A DNA stretch of 64,000 bases from assembly GCA_023227965.1 (NCBI GenBank), contig JALOCA010000001.1:3490-67489 (forward strand). The letters run 5' to 3'. Positions within the stretch are counted from its first letter, which is position 1, and each line of letters opens with the position of its first letter. Origin of the DNA: Lentimicrobiaceae bacterium. GTDB taxonomy: Bacteria; Bacteroidota; Bacteroidia; Bacteroidales; JALOCA01. A model generated the notes under the pieces. It was given only the letters and a program-made list of their open reading frames with translations, made no database searches and had not been told where the DNA came from. The translations under genes and the position numbers were made by a program. Shown one piece after another: positions 18,983 to 26,239 of this stretch.

Positions 18983-20374
18983 TTACTCATGGTGTAAAAT
19001 TACGGTAATAGCGTATTTTTGCAAAAGGTGTATTTCGAGTTGCTTGGCACAATAAACGGAGCGATGCTGCCCGCCAGTGCAGCCAAAATTTACCATCAGA
19101 TTTTCAAACCTTCTGTGCATGTAGGCATCAATGCTTTGATCTACAATGGTAAATACATTCTGGAGAAAGTCAGTTACTTCTGGCAGCTTTTCAAGAAAGT
19201 TTATCACTGGCTGGTCGTTTCCCGTCAGGGCTTTATATTCGTCGTATCTTCCGGGGTTGGGCAATGCCCTGCAATCGAAAACGAAACCACCTCCATTACC
19301 GGTAGCATCGGCTGGAATGCCTTTTTTGTAGGAAAAACTGTTGATGTGCACTTTCAGGCTTTTGGAACCTGCTTTTTCAATATGTACGTCGCTGCTGATT
19401 TTTTCAATTATCTGACGCAAATAGGGCAGGAACAAAGGAAATTTGTCATCGCTAAGCAATTGCTGCAGGTTACGTTTGGCATAGGGCACGCTTTGCAGGA
19501 AAAGGGTTTTGCGTTCAAAAAAGCCACGAAATCCGTAACTTCCCATAGCCTGCATGATGCGGATGAGGACAAAAGCATAAAATCTCTGTTCAAACTTGTT
19601 TTCGGATATAGCCAGATGCTTGGTAAGGTGCTCAATATAAAATGCTAAAAGTTCTTTTCGCAGTCCGTCGGACAAATCGGCTTTGGCATCGTACAGTAGT
19701 GAAGCAAGGTCGTAAGGCAGTGCTCCTTTACGTCCTCCCTGATAATCAATAAAAAATAATTTATCATTTTGCACCATAATATTTCGTGATTGAAAATCGC
19801 GGTACAGGAAAAATTCTCCCGGGATTGTAAGCAGATAATTGCACAGTTTGCAAAAGTCTTCTTCAAGTAATTGTTCGTCAAAAGGGATGCCGGAGGGTTT
19901 CAGGTAATAGTATTTGAAATAATTGAGATCCCACATCATACTTTGTCTGTCGAAGGCATGACGGGGATAACACAGTGAGAAATCAAAACCACAGGCTCCT
20001 TTTATTTGAAAACCGATAAGGGCTTCGATGACTTTTTTATAGATGTCTTGTAACGTCTGCGGGTTTTTCTTCAATGTGGGAAGCAGAGAAAATAATGTTG
20101 TATCGCCCAGGTCCTGGATGAGATAAATATTTTCTTCCCGGTTATCGGCATACAGTTCCGGGACAGGCAGATTTAATTTCCGGAAATGATTTGTAAATGC
20201 TGTAAATGCAATATTTTCCTTATTGTCAGGATTGTATGCTCCGATAGCCAAAACGGTTCCTGCCGTAATACGATAATATTTCCTGTTGGAGCCTGAGGCT
20301 GGGAGCAGGGTGATGGTTTCGGCATATTGTCCGCTCCATGTATGGAATAGTTGTTGTAACTGTATTTCTTTCAC
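18983..20374 (-). CDS. Fusion protein: AmgK-like (APH-fold) amino-sugar kinase + RapZ/YvcJ C-terminal domain
   Basis: The N-terminal ~330 aa carry the catalytic loop YRDFQSRNIMV and IDYQGGRKGALPYDLASLLYD, as in anomeric MurNAc/GlcNAc kinases. The C-terminal ~125 aa (SFSYKKGIP...FVFDCRALPNPGRY...LTGNDQPVINFL...FGCTGGQHRSVYCAKQL) match the RapZ C-terminal signature (FG(F/Y)K.G.P...(V/F)D.R.LPNP...TG.D..V..(F/Y)L...IGCTGG.HRSV). Confidence 0.75.
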   Translation of the reverse strand: MKEIQLQQLFHTWSGQYAETITLLPASGSNRKYYRITAGTVLAIGAYNPDNKENIAFTAFTNHFRKLNLPVPELYADNREENIYLIQDLGDTTLFSLLPTLKKNPQTLQDIYKKVIEALIGFQIKGACGFDFSLCYPRHAFDRQSMMWDLNYFKYYYLKPSGIPFDEQLLEEDFCKLCNYLLTIPGEFFLYRDFQSRNIMVQNDKLFFIDYQGGRKGALPYDLASLLYDAKADLSDGLRKELLAFYIEHLTKHLAISENKFEQRFYAFVLIRIMQAMGSYGFRGFFERKTLFLQSVPYAKRNLQQLLSDDKFPLFLPYLRQIIEKISSDVHIEKAGSKSLKVHINSFSYKKGIPADATGNGGGFVFDCRALPNPGRYDEYKALTGNDQPVINFLEKLPEVTDFLQNVFTIVDQSIDAYMHRRFENLMVNFGCTGGQHRSVYCAKQLEIHLLQKYAITVILHHE

Positions 20375-20389
20375 CTTAAAAATGATGTT

Positions 20390-20968
20390 TTATTCCCGTA
20401 TTATGTTGTAGTTTCCATTGGAATACAAACGGATAATTTTAGATGGTTTTGTCCTGTTAATGTTGCTCTGCTGGAGGTTAACTATGTAATTCACTCCTTT
20501 TTTTATAGAATCGGAAACCTGGCTGAACAGGGCAGGAGGTGGTTCGGTGCTAAGGTTGGCAGAGGTGGAAACAATGGGTTTCCCGAAACGACGGATAAGC
20601 GACTGGCAAAATTCGTGTTTTATGATGCGGATTGCGATGGTTCCGTCTGCTGCAATAACGTTGGAGGCTAAGTTTTTTGCTCCGTCATAGACAATGGTTA
20701 AGGGCTCGTCCACCTGGTTGGTAAGATCGTAAGTAATAGAGGGCACGTGGGTGATGTAGTTTGCAAGTTTATCAAAATGGTCGAGAAGGATAATAAGGCT
20801 TTTGCTTTCGCTTCTTCTTTTAAGGCGGAAAATTCTTTCAACGGCTATGGGGTTGGTAGCATCACAGCCAATTCCCCATATGGTATCGCAAGGATAAAGC
20901 AATGTTCCACCGGTTTCAAGCACCTGAAGTGAATTGCTTACTTCGAGGTTTATTTCTTTGGTGTGCAT
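20390..20968 (-). CDS. tsaC: L-threonylcarbamoyladenylate synthase (YrdC/TsaC type)
   Basis: The YrdC domain is indicated by GGTLLYPCDTIWGIGCDA, KRRSESKSLIIL and STSANLS. The 192-aa length means there is no Sua5 C-terminal extension. Confidence 0.85.
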   Translation of the reverse strand: MHTKEINLEVSNSLQVLETGGTLLYPCDTIWGIGCDATNPIAVERIFRLKRRSESKSLIILLDHFDKLANYITHVPSITYDLTNQVDEPLTIVYDGAKNLASNVIAADGTIAIRIIKHEFCQSLIRRFGKPIVSTSANLSTEPPPALFSQVSDSIKKGVNYIVNLQQSNINRTKPSKIIRLYSNGNYNIIRE

Positions 20969-21960
20969 GGCAATTGTTGTAATAGTTGTTCAATTTCGAT
21001 AGTTTCAGCACAGTTGAAATGACCTTCGGGACATTGTTTTTTACCGTGTAATCCACAAGGGCGACAAGGTAATTTTTGTTGTGTCTCAATAACTACGGAA
21101 TTCTGCGAAAGTGGACCGAAGCCAAATCCAGGTATAGTAGAACAAAAAATAGCTGCGACATTGGCGTTAACGGCAGAAGCCAGGTGCAGGGGCGCTGAAT
21201 CGTTAACATAATTCATAACTGCATTTTGCATTAATGCCGCCGATTGCAAAAAACTCAGTTTGCCGGCAAGGTTTACGATTTTGCTATCCGGATTGTCAGT
21301 AATGATTGATTCGCACAAAGTGTAATCGCTTTTTGACCCGAGTAGATATATCATGTAGGTATTATTCAGGCTGCGGACAAACTGTATCCATTTCCCGGCG
21401 GGAAATTGCTTGGTGAACCAGAGCGACGCTGGAGCAATACAGATATAAGGTGTCTGCCGATATGTTTTTACGTTTTCAACATCTTGCGGAGTAGGGTATA
21501 AACGTATAGAGAATTGTGTTTTACCAGTGAAACTTTCAACCAAAAGCAGATTCCTTTCGGTTTCGTGCAGGGTATTTCCCCCTTCCAAAATGTTGTGTTT
21601 TACTTTTATGGAAAAAAATTCTGAAAAAGGATTTTTATCAAAACCTACTGATACCCGGCTTCTGGAAAATGCGGTAAGAAAACCCGATGCTGCAAAACGC
21701 TGAATATTAACGATGAGGGTATATTTGTTTTTCCGTATCTTCCGGAACACTGAATACAGATTACGGTATTTTTTTTTAGATTTATCCCAGATAATTACTT
21801 CGTGTAAAAAAGGATGTCCCCTAAAAACGTTTTCAATTCCTTTTTTCAGTAAAAAGTCAATCCCGGCTTCCGGAAAACGTGAATGAAGGGCTTCCAGCAC
21901 AGGTGTTGCAAGGATAACGTCGCCTATAGAGGCAGTTTGTATGATGAGTATTTTTTGCAA
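20950..21960 (-). CDS. Glycosyltransferase family 9 (heptosyltransferase-like)
   Basis: The N-terminus KILIIQTASIGDVILATPVLEAL is the GT9 hallmark, and the C-terminal half contains NDSAPLHLASAV. Confidence 0.8.
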   Translation of the reverse strand: MQKILIIQTASIGDVILATPVLEALHSRFPEAGIDFLLKKGIENVFRGHPFLHEVIIWDKSKKKYRNLYSVFRKIRKNKYTLIVNIQRFAASGFLTAFSRSRVSVGFDKNPFSEFFSIKVKHNILEGGNTLHETERNLLLVESFTGKTQFSIRLYPTPQDVENVKTYRQTPYICIAPASLWFTKQFPAGKWIQFVRSLNNTYMIYLLGSKSDYTLCESIITDNPDSKIVNLAGKLSFLQSAALMQNAVMNYVNDSAPLHLASAVNANVAAIFCSTIPGFGFGPLSQNSVVIETQQKLPCRPCGLHGKKQCPEGHFNCAETIEIEQLLQQLPCTPKK

Positions 21961-21971
21961 TATTACAGGTT

Positions 21972-22787
21972 TTACACGGCTACACTGAACTCGCGAAGGG
22001 CATTATTGAGAGATGTTTTCAGATCGGTGGAAGGTTTTCGCTGTCCGATGATGAGAGCGGCAGGTACCTGAAACTCGCCGGCAGGATACTTTTTGGTGAA
22101 CGAACCGGGAATGACAACCGAACGTGAGGGTACAATATTTTTGTATTCCACAGGGGTGTTACCGGTAACGTCAATAATTTTTGTGGAGGAGGTTATCACC
22201 ACATTGGCTCCAAGAACAGCTTCTTTTTCTATGTGCACACCTTCTACTATGATGCAACGCGAGCCAATAAAACAGTCGTCTTCAATAATGACGGGAGTAG
22301 CCTGAATTGGTTCCAGTACACCACCAATACCTACTCCGCCGCTCAGGTGTACGTTTTTACCGATTTGCGCACAGGAGCCCACCGTTGCCCAGGTATCTAT
22401 CATTGTCCCTTTGTCAACGTAAGCGCCGATGTTTACGTACGAAGGCATCATCACCACGCCAGGGGCAATGTAAGCTCCGTAACGGGCTATGGCATGCGGA
22501 ACCACACGAACACCTAAATCTGCATAACCAGTTTTCAATGGTATTTTATCGTGAAACTCGAGCAAACCGGAATTTGAGGTTTCCATTTTCCGGGTGGGAA
22601 AGTACAGGATTATCGCTTTTTTTATCCATTCGTTTACCTTCCAGCCTCCGTTTACAGGCTCTGCCACCCGTAACAATCCTTTGTCAAGTTGCTCGATGAC
22701 AGAAGATATAGCCGAAAGTATTTCTTTATTTTTCAATAATTTACTGTCGTTCCAGGCGGCTTCTATCAGTGGAGTGAGGTTTTCCAT
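21972..22787 (-). CDS. dapD: 2,3,4,5-tetrahydropyridine-2,6-dicarboxylate N-succinyltransferase
   Basis: Left-handed beta-helix hexapeptide repeats (GAYVDKGTMIDTWATVGSCAQIGKNVHLSGGVGIGGVLEP) are present. I trimmed the start to MENLTPLIEAAW, giving 271 aa, typical of short-form DapD. Confidence 0.85.
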   Translation of the reverse strand: MENLTPLIEAAWNDSKLLKNKEILSAISSVIEQLDKGLLRVAEPVNGGWKVNEWIKKAIILYFPTRKMETSNSGLLEFHDKIPLKTGYADLGVRVVPHAIARYGAYIAPGVVMMPSYVNIGAYVDKGTMIDTWATVGSCAQIGKNVHLSGGVGIGGVLEPIQATPVIIEDDCFIGSRCIIVEGVHIEKEAVLGANVVITSSTKIIDVTGNTPVEYKNIVPSRSVVIPGSFTKKYPAGEFQVPAALIIGQRKPSTDLKTSLNNALREFSVAV

Positions 22788-22884
22788 GCTTGTGTTACTT
22801 ATCCTGTCCAAAATTAAAAAGAAATTGCCACCTGACCTATTTTCGATGGTTATTTTATACTTTTGCGCCACTAAAACCATAATT

Positions 22885-23310
22885 TTGGCACGAATACTTG
22901 CTATTGACTACGGACAAAAACGTTGCGGCATAGCCGTAACTGACGAAATGCAATTGGTTGCTAATGCTCTTGATACCATTGCAACTGCCGGATTGATGGA
23001 TTTTTTGAAAAATTACTGTATGATGGAAAAGGTAGAACTTTTTGTAGTGGGAATGCCTAAACAAATGAACAATAAGCCTTCCGAATCGGTTAAATACATC
23101 ATTCCATTTGTTAAACAGTTGCATAAAAATTTTCCTGAAATAGCAATTGCTGAAATGGACGAACGATTTACATCGAAAATGGCATTTCAAACCATGATTG
23201 ATGCCGGGCTGAAAAAAAAAGACCGGCAGAATAAGGCTTTGGTTGACAGGATAAGCGCTACCATATTGTTGCAGTCGTACATGGAAATACATGAAAAATT
23301 TAATAAATAA
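22885..23310 (+). CDS. ruvX: Holliday-junction resolvase-like nuclease RuvX/YqgF
   Basis: (L)ARILAIDYGQKRCGIAVTD is the YqgF N-terminal motif. The 238-aa track ORF is an artefactual extension antisense to dapD. The likely start is TTG at 22885, or ATG at 22846. Confidence 0.8.
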   Translation: MARILAIDYGQKRCGIAVTDEMQLVANALDTIATAGLMDFLKNYCMMEKVELFVVGMPKQMNNKPSESVKYIIPFVKQLHKNFPEIAIAEMDERFTSKMAFQTMIDAGLKKKDRQNKALVDRISATILLQSYMEIHEKFNK

Positions 23311-23327
23311 AAAATAAAGTATAAAAT

Positions 23328-23900
23328 ATGATATTACCCATTGTAGCCTTCGGACACCCGATATTACGAAAGAAAGCGCTGGACATTACTCCCGACTACC
23401 CGGAACTTGAACAGCTTATTGCTAATATGTTCGACACTATGCATCTTTCTGACGGAGTAGGACTGGCTGCACCCCAGGTTAACCTTTCTATTCGTTTGAT
23501 TGTGCTTGATGCTTCGCCGTACAGCGAAAAATATCCCCATCTGAAAGACTTTCGCAAAGTGCTTATCAATCCCTCTATTATAGAGGAATGGGGAGAAGAA
23601 TTATCAATGAACGAAGGTTGCCTGAGCATACCCGATATCCATGAAAATATACTACGCAAGCCTAATTTGCGACTCCGGTACCAGGATGAAAAATTTCAAT
23701 CCCATGAAGAAGAATTTGATGGTAATGTTGCACGGATCATACAGCATGAATATGACCATCTGGAAGGCATTTTGTTTGTTGATAAACTGCCTTCTATTAA
23801 AAAAATGATATTGCAACGCAAGCTCAGCGACATCTCAAAGGGGCTGATAAAAGTTTCGTACCGGATGATATTTCCTTTACAAAAGAAAAAATACAGATAA
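23328..23900 (+). CDS. def: Peptide deformylase
   Basis: All three PDF motifs are present: GVGLAAPQ, EGCLS and QHEYDHLEG. Confidence 0.95.
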   Translation: MILPIVAFGHPILRKKALDITPDYPELEQLIANMFDTMHLSDGVGLAAPQVNLSIRLIVLDASPYSEKYPHLKDFRKVLINPSIIEEWGEELSMNEGCLSIPDIHENILRKPNLRLRYQDEKFQSHEEEFDGNVARIIQHEYDHLEGILFVDKLPSIKKMILQRKLSDISKGLIKVSYRMIFPLQKKKYR

Positions 23901-23910
23901 AAAAATTACT

Positions 23911-24435
23911 ATGTATAAAAAAAATTTCCAGTGGGTTTTGATTATTGCCGCAATGGCTTTTATAATAGCAGCCTGTAGCTCACAGAAAGATAAAATGAAC
24001 AACGAAATAGCCGACCTGGAAAAAGTGTTACGAAACGACAGTAGCGGACAACTGATTGTTTCGAAAGGAAATGAACTTTCGGAGAAATATATCGCTTTTT
24101 CGCGCGCCAATGCGCACGACAGCCTTGCACCCGAATACCTTCTTCGTGCCGCAAAGGTTTATATGAACATCCACCGTGCCGAAGATGCGGTCAACCTGCT
24201 CGATACCCTGATGCAAAAATATCCTTCTTTTAAAAATTTGTCCGAATGTTTGTTTTTGCAGGCTTTTATCTGTGAAAACTCATTGGGTCAGTTAGGAAGG
24301 GCTAAAGATAAGTATTTTGAATTTCTGCAAAAATATCCTGAAAGTGAATTTGCCGACGATGCAAAGGCTGCTATTGAACTGTTGGGAAAATCGCCCGAAG
24401 AGATAGTGAAGGGCTTTGAAACAAAGAAAAAGTAG
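23911..24435 (+). CDS. TPR-repeat lipoprotein
   Basis: The signal and lipobox are VLIIAAMAFIIAACSS. The remainder is helical with TPR-like A/L/Y spacing (YLLRAAKVYMNIHRAEDAVNLLDTLMQKYP...). Confidence 0.65.
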   Translation: MYKKNFQWVLIIAAMAFIIAACSSQKDKMNNEIADLEKVLRNDSSGQLIVSKGNELSEKYIAFSRANAHDSLAPEYLLRAAKVYMNIHRAEDAVNLLDTLMQKYPSFKNLSECLFLQAFICENSLGQLGRAKDKYFEFLQKYPESEFADDAKAAIELLGKSPEEIVKGFETKKK

Positions 24436-24480
24436 AGGCAGTTTGGGCGTTTTTTTTATTTATTGTGCCTTTGATGTTTC

Positions 24481-24956
24481 TTTAAATCCATTTTACATCA
24501 TCTTGGATATATTTAGCCTTATCTTGAATGGATTTTGGCTCATCTTGAATTCATTTTGAAACATTTTGAATAGGTTTTGGATGTTTATAAAGACATAGTG
24601 GCAGATTTCAAATAGGTTTTGGAATAAGTGAATAGATATTAAAACATTTCAAATTGATTTTAAAACTGTTCAAATAGGTTTTAAAATTTGTCAATTGATT
24701 TTAGAACTGTTCAAATTGATTTTGGAATTTGTCAATAGTATTTAGAACATTTTGAATAGATTTAAGATGATTTTGAATCAATTTTAGAACATCTGAATAG
24801 GTTTTGGATGTTCACAAAGACATAGTGGCAGATTTGAAATAGATTTTAGAACATTTTGAATGGATTTAGCTTTATCTTAAATGGATTTGTGCCCATTTTA
24901 AATGGATTTTGCCATTTTCTGAATAGAAATTATTTTTTTCTGAATCCGATATGGGA
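24481..24956. repeat. Degenerate tandem array, ~23 units of 19-21 bp (mean ~20.7 bp), consensus ~TTTTGAATAGATTTTAGAACA
   Basis: Hand-parsed unit starts are 24481, 24501, 24522, 24543, 24564, 24585, 24606, 24627, 24647, 24668, 24689, 24709, 24730, 24750, 24771, 24792, 24812, 24833, 24854, 24875, 24896, 24915 and 24936. Each unit has two T3-4 tracts about 10 bp apart. The track lists no ORF of 60 aa or more on either strand between 24436 and 25320. Confidence 0.85.
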
Positions 24957-25130
24957 TAGCCTTGTTGGGGATTGAAACCCTGAGAGGGATATTTTCATCA
25001 TTTTAAATCTGTTGCATGACATTTCAGTTGAAACTCATCATTCGTTTAAAAAAATCTATGTGTTGTAAAGAAAAAAAGAGACATTTTTAATCAAAAGAAT
25101 TCCTCGGGGCTTGCCCCAGGGTCATTCATT

Positions 25131-25328
25131 CTTACACAAAACTTAAACGTAAAGCTTTCGGTTTATAACATCAACGGACAATTAACAAATGTTTTGCTGG
25201 ATAAAATGATGGAAAAAGGAAATCATCGAATAAACTGGAATGCTACAGAAAAACTAATGCCAGGTGTCTATCTGTTAAAATTAGAAACCGGGAACACCGT
25301 AGAGACTACTAAAGTGATAGTTAAGTAA
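25131..25328 (+). pseudogene. Orphan 3' fragment of a T9SS cargo gene (C-terminal sorting domain only)
   Basis: It translates in frame to LTQNLNVKLSVYNINGQLTNVLLDKMMEKGNHRINWNATEKLMPGVYLLKLETGNTVETTKVIVK*, a near-copy of the last 65 aa of the 736-aa protein ending at 30671. It lacks the PNP strand, any upstream homology and a usable start codon. Confidence 0.75.
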
Positions 25329-25360
25329 ACCACTTCAAAAAAGAAAATAAAGTTGTAATT

Positions 25361-25422
25361 ATCCCAGATTTGTCATTTAAACTCTGATAATTTGATGTAC
25401 TTTCTAATGACGGATTTGGGAT
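25361..25422 (+). other. Long hairpin element (17-bp stem, 28-nt conserved loop), copy A; putative 3'-UTR structure or terminator
   Basis: ATCCCAGATTTGTCATT (25361-25377) pairs with AATGACGGATTTGGGAT (25406-25422). All 17 positions pair only if G-U wobbles are allowed, which means only in the + sense RNA. Confidence 0.5.
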
Positions 25423-26239
25423 TATTTGATTGAAAAGGAACCTCCACCGTGAGACCTTTTTTTTCAGTGGTAGAAAATACGTTTTTAGCAACTTAACAGA
25501 ATTGGTAGAAATGCCCTGAAACATAGATAGCGGAAGCTGAAAAACTGGGACAATAACTTAAACCCGGATCCGTATTTAAACTTTGATAATTTGAAGTATC
25601 GTATCCTTATGGTGTAATAATTGGAAGATATTGCCAATATGATGGCACAGAAAGTTCTTCAGGCGGCACTGCTTTTTCCCAATGTAGTAAAGATGGCCTC
25701 TAAACAAGGTGTTCTGAGAGCCAAGGAAGTGTACGACAATCTCAAGCATCGTTTCTCAGATAGTAAACTTTCAGAAATTATTACCAACAATACGGAAACC
25801 AAGTAGTTGAGAAGGATAGTTTTTTAATGGGTCAATTAATGGTAATGAGGCAGTGGGCTTGGCTCTTTACTTTTTACAATATAACCATCTTATTTTTATA
25901 ACTATCCTGTCTCATTTTATATCTTATAAAGTCTATGCCTGTAGGACAAAGTTTTTTCACTATGCCTGCTTTGCATCTTTAATACAAAACATTTGCCCTA
26001 ACAGGATAAATTCATCCGCCAGGCAAGTTAAAAACCTTCAGGGTAGGTATTGTTGGCCTGATTTACCTGTATTCATAATAACATGAAAAATTATTCACAA
26101 AATTTCATGCAATACACAACTGGTCTTAATACATATTAAATTTTAACTTTGTACTTGGATTTTTCTACCCTAGAAGATTAGAATAACTGCCATAATTTAT
26201 TACTATACACTGGTTAATAAAAACTTATAACTTTATTAT

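Larger units (their letters stand above)
25131..25425 (+). repeat. 295-bp direct repeat, copy A (partner at 30474-30768)
   Basis: The copies are collinear by hand alignment with about 13 substitutions and no indels. The repeat covers the CTD coding end, the stop codon and a 97-bp 3' flank that includes a long hairpin. Confidence 0.9.

Noticed and set aside
22594-22884. The N-terminal 97 residues of the 238-aa track ORF that contains RuvX
   Set aside because: This stretch is antisense to the dapD coding sequence and has no RuvX homology. The conserved RuvX N-terminus (ARILAIDYG) begins at 22885 with an in-frame TTG, or ATG at 22846. I made similar N-terminal trims for the ORFs ending at 7293, 22880, 54015, 56505 and 58613 and those starting at 7308, 11251 and 42530, where an internal Met gives a proper signal peptide or family N-terminus.
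24481-24956. Reading the 21-bp array as a replication origin or plasmid-type iteron cluster
   Set aside because: I saw no DnaA-box-like TTATCCACA motifs and no adjacent dnaA, rep, par or mobilisation genes. The flanks are ordinary chromosomal housekeeping genes, and the units are far more numerous and degenerate than typical iterons. The idea is kept only as an unexplained phased repeat.
24961-25034. CRISPR-repeat-like endings: GGGGATTGAAAC (about 24967-24978) and CAGTTGAAAC (about 25025-25034), some 55-60 bp apart, just after the 21-bp array
   Set aside because: Only the last 7 nt (TTGAAAC) match between the two. The preceding ~20 nt are unrelated, there are only two occurrences, and there are no cas genes in the window. 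This is best explained by chance in AT-rich DNA.
25321-26086. Small ORFs in the gene desert: 25321-25524 (-), 25621-25806 (+, 61 aa) and 25853-26086 (+). Also 11088-11291 and 40674-40958 in other intergenic regions.
   Set aside because: They have no motifs, use non-ATG or weak starts, show AT-rich low-complexity translations, and in one case overlap the repeat/hairpin element. ORF 25621-25806 has the most protein-like composition and could be real, but I cannot support it from sequence alone.
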